Assembly (NCBI GenBank): GCA_965203175.1
Contig: OZ241867.1
Coordinates: 2,656,001 to 2,720,000, forward strand
DNA: 64,000 bases
Reading direction: 5' to 3'
Source: Candidatus Latescibacterota bacterium
GTDB lineage: Bacteria > Latescibacterota > UBA2968 > UBA8231
Part shown: piece after piece, positions 9,569 through 19,726 of the stretch
Layout of the letters: each line of letters starts with the position of its first letter
Position numbering within the stretch: the stretch's first letter is position 1
Notes under the pieces: model-generated
Database searches by the model: none
Told to the model about the DNA's origin: nothing
What the model saw: the letters and a program-made list of their open reading frames with translations, nothing else
Translations under genes and position numbers: made by a program

Positions 9569-10536
9569 GCCGCTTGCTGTCGCGGATGCTCCACAGCGAG
9601 CAGGCCGGGCTGTTGCTGGCGCTGGTCTTGCTCTGCGTGGGGATTTCCCTGCTGACGCCGGTCTTCTTTACCGCCGTCAATATCAAGAACGTGCTGCGCG
9701 ACGCCTCGTTGGTGGCCATCGCCGGAATCGGCATGGTGATGATCATCCTGCTCGGCGAGATCGACCTGAGTGTCGGCTCGACCCAAGCAGTGGCTGGAAT
9801 CATCGCCGTGGCCGTGCTCAACCAGTTTGAGAGCGTAACGCTGGCACTCGTCGCCGCACTCGCCGCCGGAGCGCTCGTCGGCCTGTGCAACGGACTGTTA
9901 GTCACCAAGGCCGGTATCAACTCCCTAATCGCGACCTTGGGCATGATGGCGATTTTACGCGGCGCAGCCATGGTCAGCACCCAAGCGGTGTCGATCCAAG
10001 GCAAAGTAGAAGGCTTCATCGAAGTGGGAACCGGGCATTGGGGGCCGATCCCGATCCCAGTGCTGGTGACCTTTGTCCTCTTGGGACTGTTTTACTACGT
10101 CGTACACCACACCATCCTCGGCCGCTATATCTACGCCATCGGCGGCAACATCCAAGCGGCGCGGCTCGCGGGCTTGGCCGTCGATCGCACGCGCGTCTTG
10201 GTCTTTGTGCTCGGCGGCGTACTAGCGGCGCTGAGCGCCTTTATCTTGGCCTCGCGCCTCAACTCCGGGCAGCCGAATGCCGGCCTGGGGTTTGAGTTGC
10301 AGGTAATCGCCGCGGTGATCTTGGGCGGCATCAGCCTGACGGGCGGCGTGGGTACGCTCGGCGGTGCCTTTATCGGCATCCTGATTCTGACAGTGCTCTC
10401 CAACGGCTTGGTGCTATTGAACGTGTCGTCCTTCTACCACGACATTGCGCGCGGCGCAGTAATTATCCTCGCTGTGTATCTAGACACTCGCCGCAAGCAA
10501 AGCCTCCTGCGGCGGTTACTCGCGCCCCCGACATGA
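9565..10536 (+). CDS. CUT2 ABC permease (RbsC-like)
   Basis: GEIDLSVGS, YAIGGN..AARLAG, ELQVIAAVILGG. Confidence 0.9.
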   Translation: MSRLLSRMLHSEQAGLLLALVLLCVGISLLTPVFFTAVNIKNVLRDASLVAIAGIGMVMIILLGEIDLSVGSTQAVAGIIAVAVLNQFESVTLALVAALAAGALVGLCNGLLVTKAGINSLIATLGMMAILRGAAMVSTQAVSIQGKVEGFIEVGTGHWGPIPIPVLVTFVLLGLFYYVVHHTILGRYIYAIGGNIQAARLAGLAVDRTRVLVFVLGGVLAALSAFILASRLNSGQPNAGLGFELQVIAAVILGGISLTGGVGTLGGAFIGILILTVLSNGLVLLNVSSFYHDIARGAVIILAVYLDTRRKQSLLRRLLAPPT

Positions 10537-12023
10537 CGCCGCTACTGTCCCTAGAGGACATCCACAAGCGCTTCCCCGGCGTCTATGCGCTCAAGGGCGT
10601 TGACTTTGCAGTGCTGCCAGGAGAAGTCCACGCGCTGGTCGGCGAAAACGGCGCGGGCAAGAGCACCTTGATCAAAATTGCGGCTGGTGTGTACCACCGA
10701 GACCAAGGCCGCTACCAGATCGCGGGCCGTCCCGTAGATATCCGCCATCCGCGCCAAGCCCTGGACCACGGCCTTGCGGTCGTTTACCAAGAGTTAGAGT
10801 TAGTCCCCTCGCTGTCAGTCGCTGAGAATCTGTTCTTCGGTCGCCTGCCACACGGGCGCGGTGGGCGCGTCCAGTGGAATGCGCTCTACGCTGCTTCGGC
10901 AAAGCTATTGGACGAGGTCGGGCTGGCGGTCGATCCGCAGACCAAGGTCGGCCACCTCGGCGTAGCCGCGCAGCAATTAGTCGAGATCGCGCGGGCGCTG
11001 GCGTGCGACGCCCAAGTAATCATCATGGACGAGCCGACCTCGGCCCTGAGTACGCGCGAGATCGACAAGCTCTTTGCGCTCATTGCCCGGCTCAAGGCGC
11101 GGGGCGTGGGCGTGGTCTATGTATCGCACAAGCTCGCCGAGGTCATGGCACTGGCCGACCAGGTGACGGTCTTGCGCGACGGAGAGCGCGTCGCCTGCGA
11201 GCCAGCAGCCGACCTCGACGAAGAGCAACTTATCGCCCTGATGGTCGGACGGGAGTTGGGCCAAGGATTCCCCGCGGCCGATCGCACGCCGGGGCCGTGT
11301 GCGTTGGAGGTGGAGGGGTTGACTACGGACCGAGTGCAGGATATTTCCTTCCGGGTATACACTGGGGAAATCGTCGGCTTCTCTGGACTAATGGGCGCAG
11401 GACGGACGGAACTAGCGCGAGCCGTGATGGGCGCGGATCGCCGCCGCGCTGGAACCATTACTATCGACGGAGTCGCCGTACCAGCGAACGCACCGCCGCA
11501 GGCGCGTACTCTCGGGTTGGGCTTAGTACCGGAAGACCGCCGGGCCGACGGCCTGTTCGCGCAGCAGAGCGTGCGCGCAAACGCGAGCGTCGCAGCCTTA
11601 GAGCAATTCTGCCGAGCCGGCCATGTGCAGGTAGGCATGGAGCGGCAGCAGGTTGGCTCACTCGTCGCACGCCTGCGCCTGCGTCCCCCCGACCAAGAAC
11701 AGACCATCGCGCGGCTCAGCGGCGGCAATCAGCAAAAGGCACTGCTGGCCCGCTGGCTGCTCAAGGAAAACTTGCGAGTGCTGCTCGTTGATGAGCCGAC
11801 CCGGGGAATCGATGTCGGCGCCAAGGCCGAGATTTATCAACTGCTAGACGGACTGGCGCGCCAAGGACTGGCAATCGTGGTCCTCTCGTCAGAAATGCCC
11901 GAAATTCTGGGACTGTGCGACCGAGTGTACGTGATGCGCGAGGGACAGATCGCCGCCGAGTACGCACGAACCGAAGCCACGCCGGAAAAACTCTTGGCCA
12001 GCGCCCTGCCCAGTACCAGCTAA
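10533..12023 (+). CDS. CUT2 sugar ABC ATP-binding protein (RbsA-like, two NBDs)
   Basis: GENGAGKST, LSGGNQQK, DEPTRGIDVGAK. Confidence 0.93.
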   Translation: MTPLLSLEDIHKRFPGVYALKGVDFAVLPGEVHALVGENGAGKSTLIKIAAGVYHRDQGRYQIAGRPVDIRHPRQALDHGLAVVYQELELVPSLSVAENLFFGRLPHGRGGRVQWNALYAASAKLLDEVGLAVDPQTKVGHLGVAAQQLVEIARALACDAQVIIMDEPTSALSTREIDKLFALIARLKARGVGVVYVSHKLAEVMALADQVTVLRDGERVACEPAADLDEEQLIALMVGRELGQGFPAADRTPGPCALEVEGLTTDRVQDISFRVYTGEIVGFSGLMGAGRTELARAVMGADRRRAGTITIDGVAVPANAPPQARTLGLGLVPEDRRADGLFAQQSVRANASVAALEQFCRAGHVQVGMERQQVGSLVARLRLRPPDQEQTIARLSGGNQQKALLARWLLKENLRVLLVDEPTRGIDVGAKAEIYQLLDGLARQGLAIVVLSSEMPEILGLCDRVYVMREGQIAAEYARTEATPEKLLASALPSTS

Positions 12024-12053
12024 AGCCATTCCTCCCTATCAAAGAGGTGCAAC

Positions 12054-13082
12054 GTGAAAATCCTAATCACCGGCGGCACCGGCCGCGTTGGAGCCAATTT
12101 GGCAAAAGCCCTGCTCGACAAAGGGCACGACATCCGCTCATTTGTCTATCCCGGCGACCAAAGTCGCGCCCACAAGCTCGACGGCTTTGACCGCGTCGAA
12201 ACCATCGAAGGCGATTTGCGCAATCTCGCCGATGTGCGCCGCGCCATCGAGGGAGTCGATGCGGTGTACCACATTGCCGCGGCCTTTGGCGGTCCCTTCG
12301 ACAACCGCGAATACCTCGAAATCAACGGCATGGGCACCATCAACGTGCTGGAGTCCATCCGCGAGTTGACACCTAATCTGCACCGCTTGGTCTATGCCTC
12401 CACCGAGGCGATTTACTGGGAGAATCCCTACAACGGCCGCTGCTTTGAAGAGCCCATCCGCGAAGACCAAGTCGCCCGCTACCAGACGATGCCCTACTTC
12501 CTGACCAAGTGGATCGGCGAGGAGCTGGTGATGAGCTATAACTTGCAGTTTGGGCTCCCATCGGTGACCACGCGCTTTGCCACGATTATTGAGCCTGGAG
12601 AATTCCTCGACCAAAACGGCTTACCGCACCTGTTCCTGTTCGGGCCGGTTTACGAGCAGTTCAAAGACCGAGAGGGGGCCGAGGAGCTCAAGGCACTGTG
12701 GACGGGCGAGGAGCAGTTCTTGCTATCGCGCAATCCAGACGGGCGGCCCTTTCGGCAGGTGTATGCCGACGTGCGCGACATCGTCCAAGGGCTGGTGTTG
12801 GCGCTGGAGCGGGACGAGGCCGTGGGCGAGGTGTTCAACTTAGGCGGGGCCGCGCTGTTCGATTGGGGCGCAACCGTGCCCTATCTCGCCGAGCGCTTCG
12901 GATTGGGGTACGCCGATGCGCGGCGACCGGATTGGAACTACTTCGAGTTGGATTTGACGAACATCAAGGCAAAGCTGGGGTTTGAACCCAAGCACGACTT
13001 GGCGAGCATCCTCGACGCGGCTGAGGCCATGCGGCGCGGGGAGGACGTGGGGATTATTCCAACGGGCGTGCGCTTTGGCTAG
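12054..13082 (+). CDS. NAD-dependent epimerase/dehydratase
   Basis: ITGGTGRVG and YFLTK (YxxxK). Confidence 0.85.
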   Translation: MKILITGGTGRVGANLAKALLDKGHDIRSFVYPGDQSRAHKLDGFDRVETIEGDLRNLADVRRAIEGVDAVYHIAAAFGGPFDNREYLEINGMGTINVLESIRELTPNLHRLVYASTEAIYWENPYNGRCFEEPIREDQVARYQTMPYFLTKWIGEELVMSYNLQFGLPSVTTRFATIIEPGEFLDQNGLPHLFLFGPVYEQFKDREGAEELKALWTGEEQFLLSRNPDGRPFRQVYADVRDIVQGLVLALERDEAVGEVFNLGGAALFDWGATVPYLAERFGLGYADARRPDWNYFELDLTNIKAKLGFEPKHDLASILDAAEAMRRGEDVGIIPTGVRFG

Positions 13083-13106
13083 CGTAGTGGTGCGAAGGAG
13101 ATCCAC

Positions 13107-14723
13107 ATGATCGAAGGACACCAAGTACTAGCCGACGGCGGCGCTGTGTCCGCCCAACAGCCAGCCGCAGCGCGCATTGGCGCACAGATATTGGCCCAAG
13201 GCGGCAACGCCATGGATGCGGCCACAGCCACCAGTTTGGCCTGCTGCATGTTGGCCCCCCAATCCAACGGCATCGGCGGCTACATGTCGGCGGCAGTTGT
13301 CTTAGAAGGCTCCACCGACCGCGTCTGGTCACTCGACGCCAATGCCGTAGCCCCGGCCGCTGCCCACGAGCACATGTACGACATTCTGCCGGCCCGCCGC
13401 GACAACATGTGCACCAACGAAAAGGAATACGCCTGTAGCGTGCGCGACGATGCCAACGTGTACGGTCCCCAAGCAGTGGCCGTCCCCGGTCAAATGGCCG
13501 GCATGGGCTTTTTACACGAACGCTGGGGGCAGTTGCCTTGGGACGCGATTGTCGCCCCGGCCCAAGGGCTGCTCGCCGACGGCTTTCCCTACGGCCCGGC
13601 CCTGGCCAATACCATCCGTAGCCAAGAAGCCATCCTGCGCCGCTTCCCCGCAACATTTAGCCACCTCGCGCCGCAAGGCGAGTTGCCCAGCTTCGATGAC
13701 ATTTGGCATCGCCCCGACATGGAGCGCACCCTAGCGCGTTTGGCTCAAGCTGGTTGGCGCGACTTTTACGGCGGCGAATTGGGGCGTACCATCGGCGATT
13801 ACGTCCAAGCCAGCGGCGGTGTTCTCACCCGCGAGGATATGGCTGGCTTTGAACCGCGCCTGACCGAGCCGTACCAAATCACCTACCGCGATGTGCCAGT
13901 GTACGGACCAATTCTGCCCAACGGCTGCCTCTCCGCCCTCCAGATTCTGCACATGCTGGAATGCCTGCCCTTAGTATCCGACGACCAAGCCCAGTACTGG
14001 CACCAGCTAGCCGAGGTCGTCAAACAAGCCTGGCGCGACCGCCTGCGCTACGTCGGAGACCCCGATTTCGTCGATGTGCCAGTCGAGCGCTTACTGAGCA
14101 AGGACTACGCCGCCGGCCGCGTCGAAGCTCTGCAACAATTTCCCGAGCGAGTTGACCAGCAAGTGTACGAAGCCTCGGGTCCAGCCGTCGCCGAAACCTT
14201 GCACGTATCGGCCGCAGACGCCGAGGGCAATCTCGTTGGCATCACCATCACCCAAGGCGGAGCTTTTGGCTCCTGTCTCACCGTACCGGACACGGGCATT
14301 ATCCTAGGCCACGGCATGTGCCGTTTGGATCCCCGTCCCGGTCGGGCCAATTCCGTGGCCGCGCACAAGCGTCCGCTCAACAACGTGGTTCCCATGATCC
14401 TGCGCCTGCCCCAGCGCGACGTAGCCATCGGTCTGCCCGGCGGTCGCCGCATCATCAGCGTCGGAGCCCAACTCGGCCAGCGCATCATCGACTTCAACGC
14501 CACCGCCTTGGGAGCAGCCACAGCCCCCCGACTCAACGCCGAAGCCCAAGAACCCCTCGAACTAAAGCGCGGCATCGACCCGGCGATTGTGCAAACCCTA
14601 AGAGAAATGGGCCACCGAGTGCAGGTAGTTCAAGGGGTAGCCGGCGGTGCCCACGGTGCCGAAGTACTCAAAAGCGAGGGCAAAGTGCGCGCTGGGGGCA
14701 ATGGCTGGGCCGCGGGCGTATAG
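13107..14723 (+). CDS. ggt: Gamma-glutamyltransferase family Ntn-hydrolase
   Basis: GGNAMDAA, GIGG, AVPG, nucleophile Thr in ETLHVSAADAEGN, and GLPGG. Confidence 0.88.
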   Translation: MIEGHQVLADGGAVSAQQPAAARIGAQILAQGGNAMDAATATSLACCMLAPQSNGIGGYMSAAVVLEGSTDRVWSLDANAVAPAAAHEHMYDILPARRDNMCTNEKEYACSVRDDANVYGPQAVAVPGQMAGMGFLHERWGQLPWDAIVAPAQGLLADGFPYGPALANTIRSQEAILRRFPATFSHLAPQGELPSFDDIWHRPDMERTLARLAQAGWRDFYGGELGRTIGDYVQASGGVLTREDMAGFEPRLTEPYQITYRDVPVYGPILPNGCLSALQILHMLECLPLVSDDQAQYWHQLAEVVKQAWRDRLRYVGDPDFVDVPVERLLSKDYAAGRVEALQQFPERVDQQVYEASGPAVAETLHVSAADAEGNLVGITITQGGAFGSCLTVPDTGIILGHGMCRLDPRPGRANSVAAHKRPLNNVVPMILRLPQRDVAIGLPGGRRIISVGAQLGQRIIDFNATALGAATAPRLNAEAQEPLELKRGIDPAIVQTLREMGHRVQVVQGVAGGAHGAEVLKSEGKVRAGGNGWAAGV

Positions 14724-14732
14724 GTCGTCTTT

Positions 14733-14776
14733 GGGTGATTATCACCCTTGACATGGGTGATTATCACCCATATCAT
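14733..14776 (+). promoter_or_regulatory. Sigma70 promoter with two palindromic operators
   Basis: TTGACA (14748-53), 17 bp, TATCAT (14771-76). GGGTGATTATCACCC occurs at 14733-47 and again fills the spacer 14754-70. Confidence 0.85.
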
Positions 14777-14782
14777 GGGTAT

Positions 14783-16012
14783 ATGAACACGAATCGACTG
14801 CTACCTCGATTTGCTTCCGCGAGCGTGGAGCGAGCGCTGAGGGTCATGCCCGTGACTGTTCTCACTGGCGCACGACAGACCGGCAAGAGCACCCTCGCCC
14901 GCATGCATCCCATCGGAGCAGATAGGTCTTACTTCACCCTAGACGATTACGGCGTCCTTGAGCAAGCCCAACGCGAACCGGATGCCCTTGTTGCTCGGGC
15001 CGTGCAGATCACGCTTGATGAGGTACAGCGGGTGCCGCATGTGCTGCTCGCCATCAAGCGCCTCGTTGACGAAGATCGGGTTGCTGGTCGTTTCCTCTTG
15101 ACTGGGTCGGCGAATCTACTGCTTATGAAGGAGGTGGGCGAAACGCTGGCTGGCCGCGCTAGCTACTTGACGCTCTGGCCCATGACCCGTCGCGAGCAAC
15201 GCGGATTGGCTAGGCCTGGTCTGTGGACAGAACTCGTAGATGCGCCCCCGACTGCATGGCGGGATGTGCTGCTCGCGGAGCCAGCCGAAGCAGAGCCGTG
15301 GGTGGCCCTTGCTCGACGCGGAGGTTATCCCGTCCCAGCCCATGAATTGATAGATGATGACGATCGGCGGCTATGGTTCGAAGGCTACGCGGCTACCTAC
15401 TTGGAGCGGGACATCCCACGTCTATCCGCCATCGAAGGCATCACAGACCTGCGGAGGTTGATGACGGCAGCCTGTCTGCGCGTTGGGGGGCTATTAAACC
15501 AAGCAGACCTAGCTCGGGACGTACATCTTGCCCCCTCCACAGTGCAGCGTTATCTCAACCTACTAGAGGTGTCGTTCCAACTGGTGCGACTGCCATCCTA
15601 TTCTGTCAACAGGACGAAACGGCTGGTCAAGTCATCCAAACTCTACTGGGGCGATACCGGGTTGGCTTTGCACTTAGCGGGCGAGGCACATCCCCGCGGT
15701 GCGCATCTAGAGAACATAGTGCTCTGCGACCTACTCGCCTGGGCTACTACTCGTATCGAAAGAACAGAGATTCTCTTTTGGCGGACTACCAAGGGTGCCG
15801 AGGTCGATTTCGTCATTGAAACGGGCCGCCGTCTGCTGCCCGTGGAGGTGAAGGCCGCCGCTAGCGTCCATCCCGGCGATGTACGACATCTGCATACGTT
15901 CCTAGATGAATACTCCGATATGGCGCAGTGTGGGATCGTTCTCTACGATGGCGAAGAAACGTTCTGGCTCACCAAGCGCGTACTCGCCGCACCGTGGTGG
16001 CGCGTGGTTTGA
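14783..16012 (+). CDS. AAA_14 ATPase with DUF4143-like wHTH/PD-(D/E)xK C-terminus
   Basis: GARQTGKST, LDEVQR, LLTGSA, GGYP, KLYWGDTG, EVDFV..PVEVK. Start set at ATG14783; the track's upstream extension overlaps ggt. Confidence 0.9.
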   Translation: MNTNRLLPRFASASVERALRVMPVTVLTGARQTGKSTLARMHPIGADRSYFTLDDYGVLEQAQREPDALVARAVQITLDEVQRVPHVLLAIKRLVDEDRVAGRFLLTGSANLLLMKEVGETLAGRASYLTLWPMTRREQRGLARPGLWTELVDAPPTAWRDVLLAEPAEAEPWVALARRGGYPVPAHELIDDDDRRLWFEGYAATYLERDIPRLSAIEGITDLRRLMTAACLRVGGLLNQADLARDVHLAPSTVQRYLNLLEVSFQLVRLPSYSVNRTKRLVKSSKLYWGDTGLALHLAGEAHPRGAHLENIVLCDLLAWATTRIERTEILFWRTTKGAEVDFVIETGRRLLPVEVKAAASVHPGDVRHLHTFLDEYSDMAQCGIVLYDGEETFWLTKRVLAAPWWRVV

Positions 16013-16031
16013 AGCTACTATCTAACATACA

Positions 16032-17174
16032 ATGGAGAAAGAAATGAAGATTACTGATTTGCAAGTGATGCGGATAGGGTCGGAAGGGACCAACAATTGG
16101 ACGTTTGTGAAAATCGAAACCGACGCCGGTATTTACGGCTGGGGCGAGGCGAGTTTGCAATACAAAGACGACGCCTTACTCGGCGAGTTTGCGGCGTTCA
16201 AGCGCTTTCTGCTAGGCAAAAATCCGTTTGAGATTGAGCGAATTTGGACCTCGTTGTACCGACGCGTGACGTGGTCAGGTGGCCCGGTGACGACGAGTGC
16301 GATCAGTGCGATTGATCTGGCGTTGTGGGACATTAAAGGCAAAGCCTTGGGCGTTCCAGTGTACGAGTTGTTGGGAGGAAAGTCACACGACAAAATTCGC
16401 ATGTACGCCAATGGGTGGTCGAGAAAGGGAAATACACCTGAAGAAATTGCCGAGGGTGTAAAACGAGTAGTAGATCAGGGCTATGAGGCGTTGAAGTTCT
16501 ACCCTTTTAGCGGCGTACAAGTGGCAAGGATCGATCGAATCCAGCACGGCGTCGCCTTGGTGGAAGCGGCGCGCGAAGCGGCCGGGTCGCAAATTGAAAT
16601 AGGAATTGACATTCGCGCGCGCTTGAACATATGGAGCGCCCGGCGCGTGGCGCAGGAATTGGAGCCTTATAACATTGCGTGGATGGAAGAGCCGATTTTG
16701 TGGGATAATCCAGAAGCACTAGCGCAATTTGCCCGCGAAGTAAATGTGCCCATTGCGACGGGCGAACAGCTATACACTCGCTGGGAATTCCGCGCCCTGT
16801 TGGAACTGAATGCGGTCGGACTTATTCAACCGGATATCTGTCATGCAGGCGGCATCACTGAATTAAAGAAAATTGCCGCAATGGCTGAGACGTATTACGT
16901 AACAGTAGCACCACACAATTCCAATGGGCCGATTTCAACAATCGCTAGCTTGCATTTGGATATGTGCATTCACAACAGTTTGATGCAGGAAATTTTCGTG
17001 TCGTCCATTGATCTCTACAATAAGGTACTTACGCAACCTATTGAAGTGATCGCTGGACATTGCGTGCCACCAGAAGGGCCGGGTTGGGGCGTAGAGTTGC
17101 GAGAGGATGCTATGGAACAACATCCGCCGAAGTCGTTTACGCCGGTTGAGTCTGAACCGTATGTGGAATTTTAG
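16032..17174 (+). CDS. Mandelate racemase/enolase superfamily dehydratase (galactonate dehydratase-like)
   Basis: GWGEA, SAIDLALWDIKGK, WMEEP, ATGEQL, QPD, APHN. Alternative start at 16044. Confidence 0.88.
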   Translation: MEKEMKITDLQVMRIGSEGTNNWTFVKIETDAGIYGWGEASLQYKDDALLGEFAAFKRFLLGKNPFEIERIWTSLYRRVTWSGGPVTTSAISAIDLALWDIKGKALGVPVYELLGGKSHDKIRMYANGWSRKGNTPEEIAEGVKRVVDQGYEALKFYPFSGVQVARIDRIQHGVALVEAAREAAGSQIEIGIDIRARLNIWSARRVAQELEPYNIAWMEEPILWDNPEALAQFAREVNVPIATGEQLYTRWEFRALLELNAVGLIQPDICHAGGITELKKIAAMAETYYVTVAPHNSNGPISTIASLHLDMCIHNSLMQEIFVSSIDLYNKVLTQPIEVIAGHCVPPEGPGWGVELREDAMEQHPPKSFTPVESEPYVEF

Positions 17175-17175
17175 T

Positions 17176-19608
17176 TTACAATGATAGCCAGTAATTTACC
17201 TTAATAAAGAAAATATCCGAACCATCGTCTAGGAAACTCTCACCTATATTCCTCAGTGGGAGGAAAGAAGGATCTGCCGAGAACGCACTGTTCGCTTGGG
17301 ACCACACCAAGAATAAGGTACTTCCCGGACGATATTCCCAACGCAGTACCATATTACTCTGCAGTGAACGGTGGCGAAAATCGGGATTGTAGCCCAATTC
17401 TGTATACGGGGTAAACATATATGAATCCGGTCTCGCTAGTTCTTTGAAATGTTTGTAGGCACCAACCGCCAGAAACGGCTGCAAATAGAGCTCTAGACTC
17501 AGATCCCGGCTGAAGATCACATTGAGTCGGGTAGTCAGATCTAGGGTCTTGCTATTCAGTGTTCCGTATACGAAGTGTTCAACTATGCCATCCCCATCCA
17601 CGTCTATATTCCCAACCCACTGTGCATCATCGAAACCCCAATGATAGTGTGGCTGAAAGTAACACTCTATATAATAAGCTGGTTTAATTTCTACTCCCAA
17701 TGCCATCGCGCGCCAAGAACTACCTTCCGTGTCGTTCCCCCAAGAAAAGCCGAGTTGGCTACTTATGGCTCGCCGATCGTCGCTTGTGATACTAAGATCA
17801 AAAGCTGTTCTAGCGGGCCGTACGATGAGCGGTCCACCCCGGGTATCTAGATCGTCCTGAGTGCGGAAATTATGGTTAATTGCTCCATAGATGTCCCAAT
17901 AATTACTGAACCGATGCCGAGTGCTCAAACCGATGCCGTTTGCCAGTACCACGTCATCAAAGTTCCGACGCCTCCACTGATTGATGTTCAGTCTGTTCCA
18001 ACGGAAAAGATTCCAAGGACGATCCTTGCGAAGCTGGAGTTGAAATCGAGTTTCATAGTAGTTATTCCGCCATAGAAAACCCAGATCATTGATTTCGAAA
18101 TCTTTTGAATAGGCTTTCCAATGGAATCCTCCTTGTAGCCAGCCACTCCGCTTGCCCACAGCCATCTCGCTGCCCCACCCCCTCTTCTGATCCGCTGCCG
18201 CTCCGGCTTGGCTACTGGCGATCTGTCCCGAGAAATCGTATTCGTTCTGCCCCGAACGCAGCCACCAGTCTACACTCCCAGAGTAAGCGTCTGCAGCCTT
18301 GTGTCGGTTGAGACTCGTACCTGTCAGGCCGATGTGAGAGTTGCCTTGAAAAAGATCCTGCTGTACTCGGCCAACCAAGATATGCGAGCGCGGCTCAAGA
18401 AGAAAATCACGACGTTTTGATTCTTCCCCTACACTCTCCAGAGATACATACTCTCTAGCCGTAAGTGCTTCCATTAACCCAAAGCTCGTCTTGCCGGCCG
18501 TCTTGCCCACTATTTTAACTGCTCCTAAAATGGTGGTAAAATCTGGCCGGTCCACCATCCGGAAGCCACTGGGGATGCTATTGAAGCCGGGCTGCTTGCC
18601 AATGCGACGGGAATAGAAAAGCTGGATAGGCGTCCGGAAATTCTCAGCACCATCTACGAAAAAGGGGCGCCGCTCCTCAAAGAAGGTTTCAAAGACTGAA
18701 AGGTTTAGCACAGCCGGATCGGCCTCCACCTGCCCGAAGTCCGGATTGACTGTGGCGTTAAGAGAGAGGCCCGAAGTCAGTCCGTAGCGCATATTAACCC
18801 CTAGATTGCTGAAGAGATCGCGGCTAGCGGATCCATTGTCGGAGATAAAGGTGGATCGGCCGACGATATAAGGCATAATCTCCAAGGGTTTAGGGGGAAT
18901 AATCTGCTCAATACCTTCAAGATGGCCAAAGTGCGATGGCCAACCGCTTTGCTCAAGCGGAACCATACGCCAATACACATCCTCTTTTTTTCGACTTATA
19001 TAGCGAATTACATTGACGCCCCAAGTGTATTTCTCCTGAGGACTGAAGCGGAGCGTTTGGTAGGGAATCTTGTACTCTACACACCACCCGTTCTCATGCC
19101 TGCTTTGACGCGCTTGCCAGACCCCATCCCAGGCACCGTCCCAACCACCTCCATCATCGTAATTATAGCCATCTGTCAGGGAGCCACCGGCGTGTACATG
19201 GAACACAAAGTTTGTCTGATGATCATGGTGGGCATCAATGGCAATCTGGACGAAATCTGCTTCTGGAAACTGATCTCGGCGGGCAAGACGAGCCACGATG
19301 TGCTCTGGCTGGCGATCAAAGGCCATAACACCGACGTAAAGCGCTTTGTCGTCATAGGCAAATTGTACTGTGGTCGACTCGGTAGCAGCCTGTCCCGTAT
19401 CGGGTCGCCGCTGAGTAAATCCTGTAAAGACCGGGGCTTGCTGCCAGATTAAATCGTCTAGGTGGCCGTCGATTTTAGGTGGAGTAGAATGGATTCGTAT
19501 GGCTCTTAGAGTCTTGCCCGTGACTTCCCCATCTTCTACGTGACCCCAGAGAGGATTTCCCCCATCGACAATGGCAATGATTATTAAGATCCTCCATAAA
19601 CGCATCAT
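17176..19608 (-). CDS. CBM9 + DUF5916 outer-membrane protein
   Basis: PKIDGHLDD, NPDFGQVEAD, FFEERRPFF, LRWEYRPGS and C-terminal KVNYWLSL. RBS GAGGAG before ATG19608. Confidence 0.82.
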   Translation of the reverse strand: MMRLWRILIIIAIVDGGNPLWGHVEDGEVTGKTLRAIRIHSTPPKIDGHLDDLIWQQAPVFTGFTQRRPDTGQAATESTTVQFAYDDKALYVGVMAFDRQPEHIVARLARRDQFPEADFVQIAIDAHHDHQTNFVFHVHAGGSLTDGYNYDDGGGWDGAWDGVWQARQSRHENGWCVEYKIPYQTLRFSPQEKYTWGVNVIRYISRKKEDVYWRMVPLEQSGWPSHFGHLEGIEQIIPPKPLEIMPYIVGRSTFISDNGSASRDLFSNLGVNMRYGLTSGLSLNATVNPDFGQVEADPAVLNLSVFETFFEERRPFFVDGAENFRTPIQLFYSRRIGKQPGFNSIPSGFRMVDRPDFTTILGAVKIVGKTAGKTSFGLMEALTAREYVSLESVGEESKRRDFLLEPRSHILVGRVQQDLFQGNSHIGLTGTSLNRHKAADAYSGSVDWWLRSGQNEYDFSGQIASSQAGAAADQKRGWGSEMAVGKRSGWLQGGFHWKAYSKDFEINDLGFLWRNNYYETRFQLQLRKDRPWNLFRWNRLNINQWRRRNFDDVVLANGIGLSTRHRFSNYWDIYGAINHNFRTQDDLDTRGGPLIVRPARTAFDLSITSDDRRAISSQLGFSWGNDTEGSSWRAMALGVEIKPAYYIECYFQPHYHWGFDDAQWVGNIDVDGDGIVEHFVYGTLNSKTLDLTTRLNVIFSRDLSLELYLQPFLAVGAYKHFKELARPDSYMFTPYTELGYNPDFRHRSLQSNMVLRWEYRPGSTLFLVWSQANSAFSADPSFLPLRNIGESFLDDGSDIFFIKVNYWLSL

Positions 19609-19726
19609 GTTAAGTCTCCTCACTCATCAAAGGACTGGCCGACCTCAAGTAAACCAATTTTAATGCAGTCAATGGGATGGTTTCTCAAAGAAGAAAGCCC
19701 GGGTCACATAATGTCAACGTGAAAAC

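Noticed and set aside
14318-14782. N-terminal 155 aa of the 564-aa ORF
   Set aside because: It overlaps ggt in another frame and crosses the promoter. The real start is most likely ATG14783.
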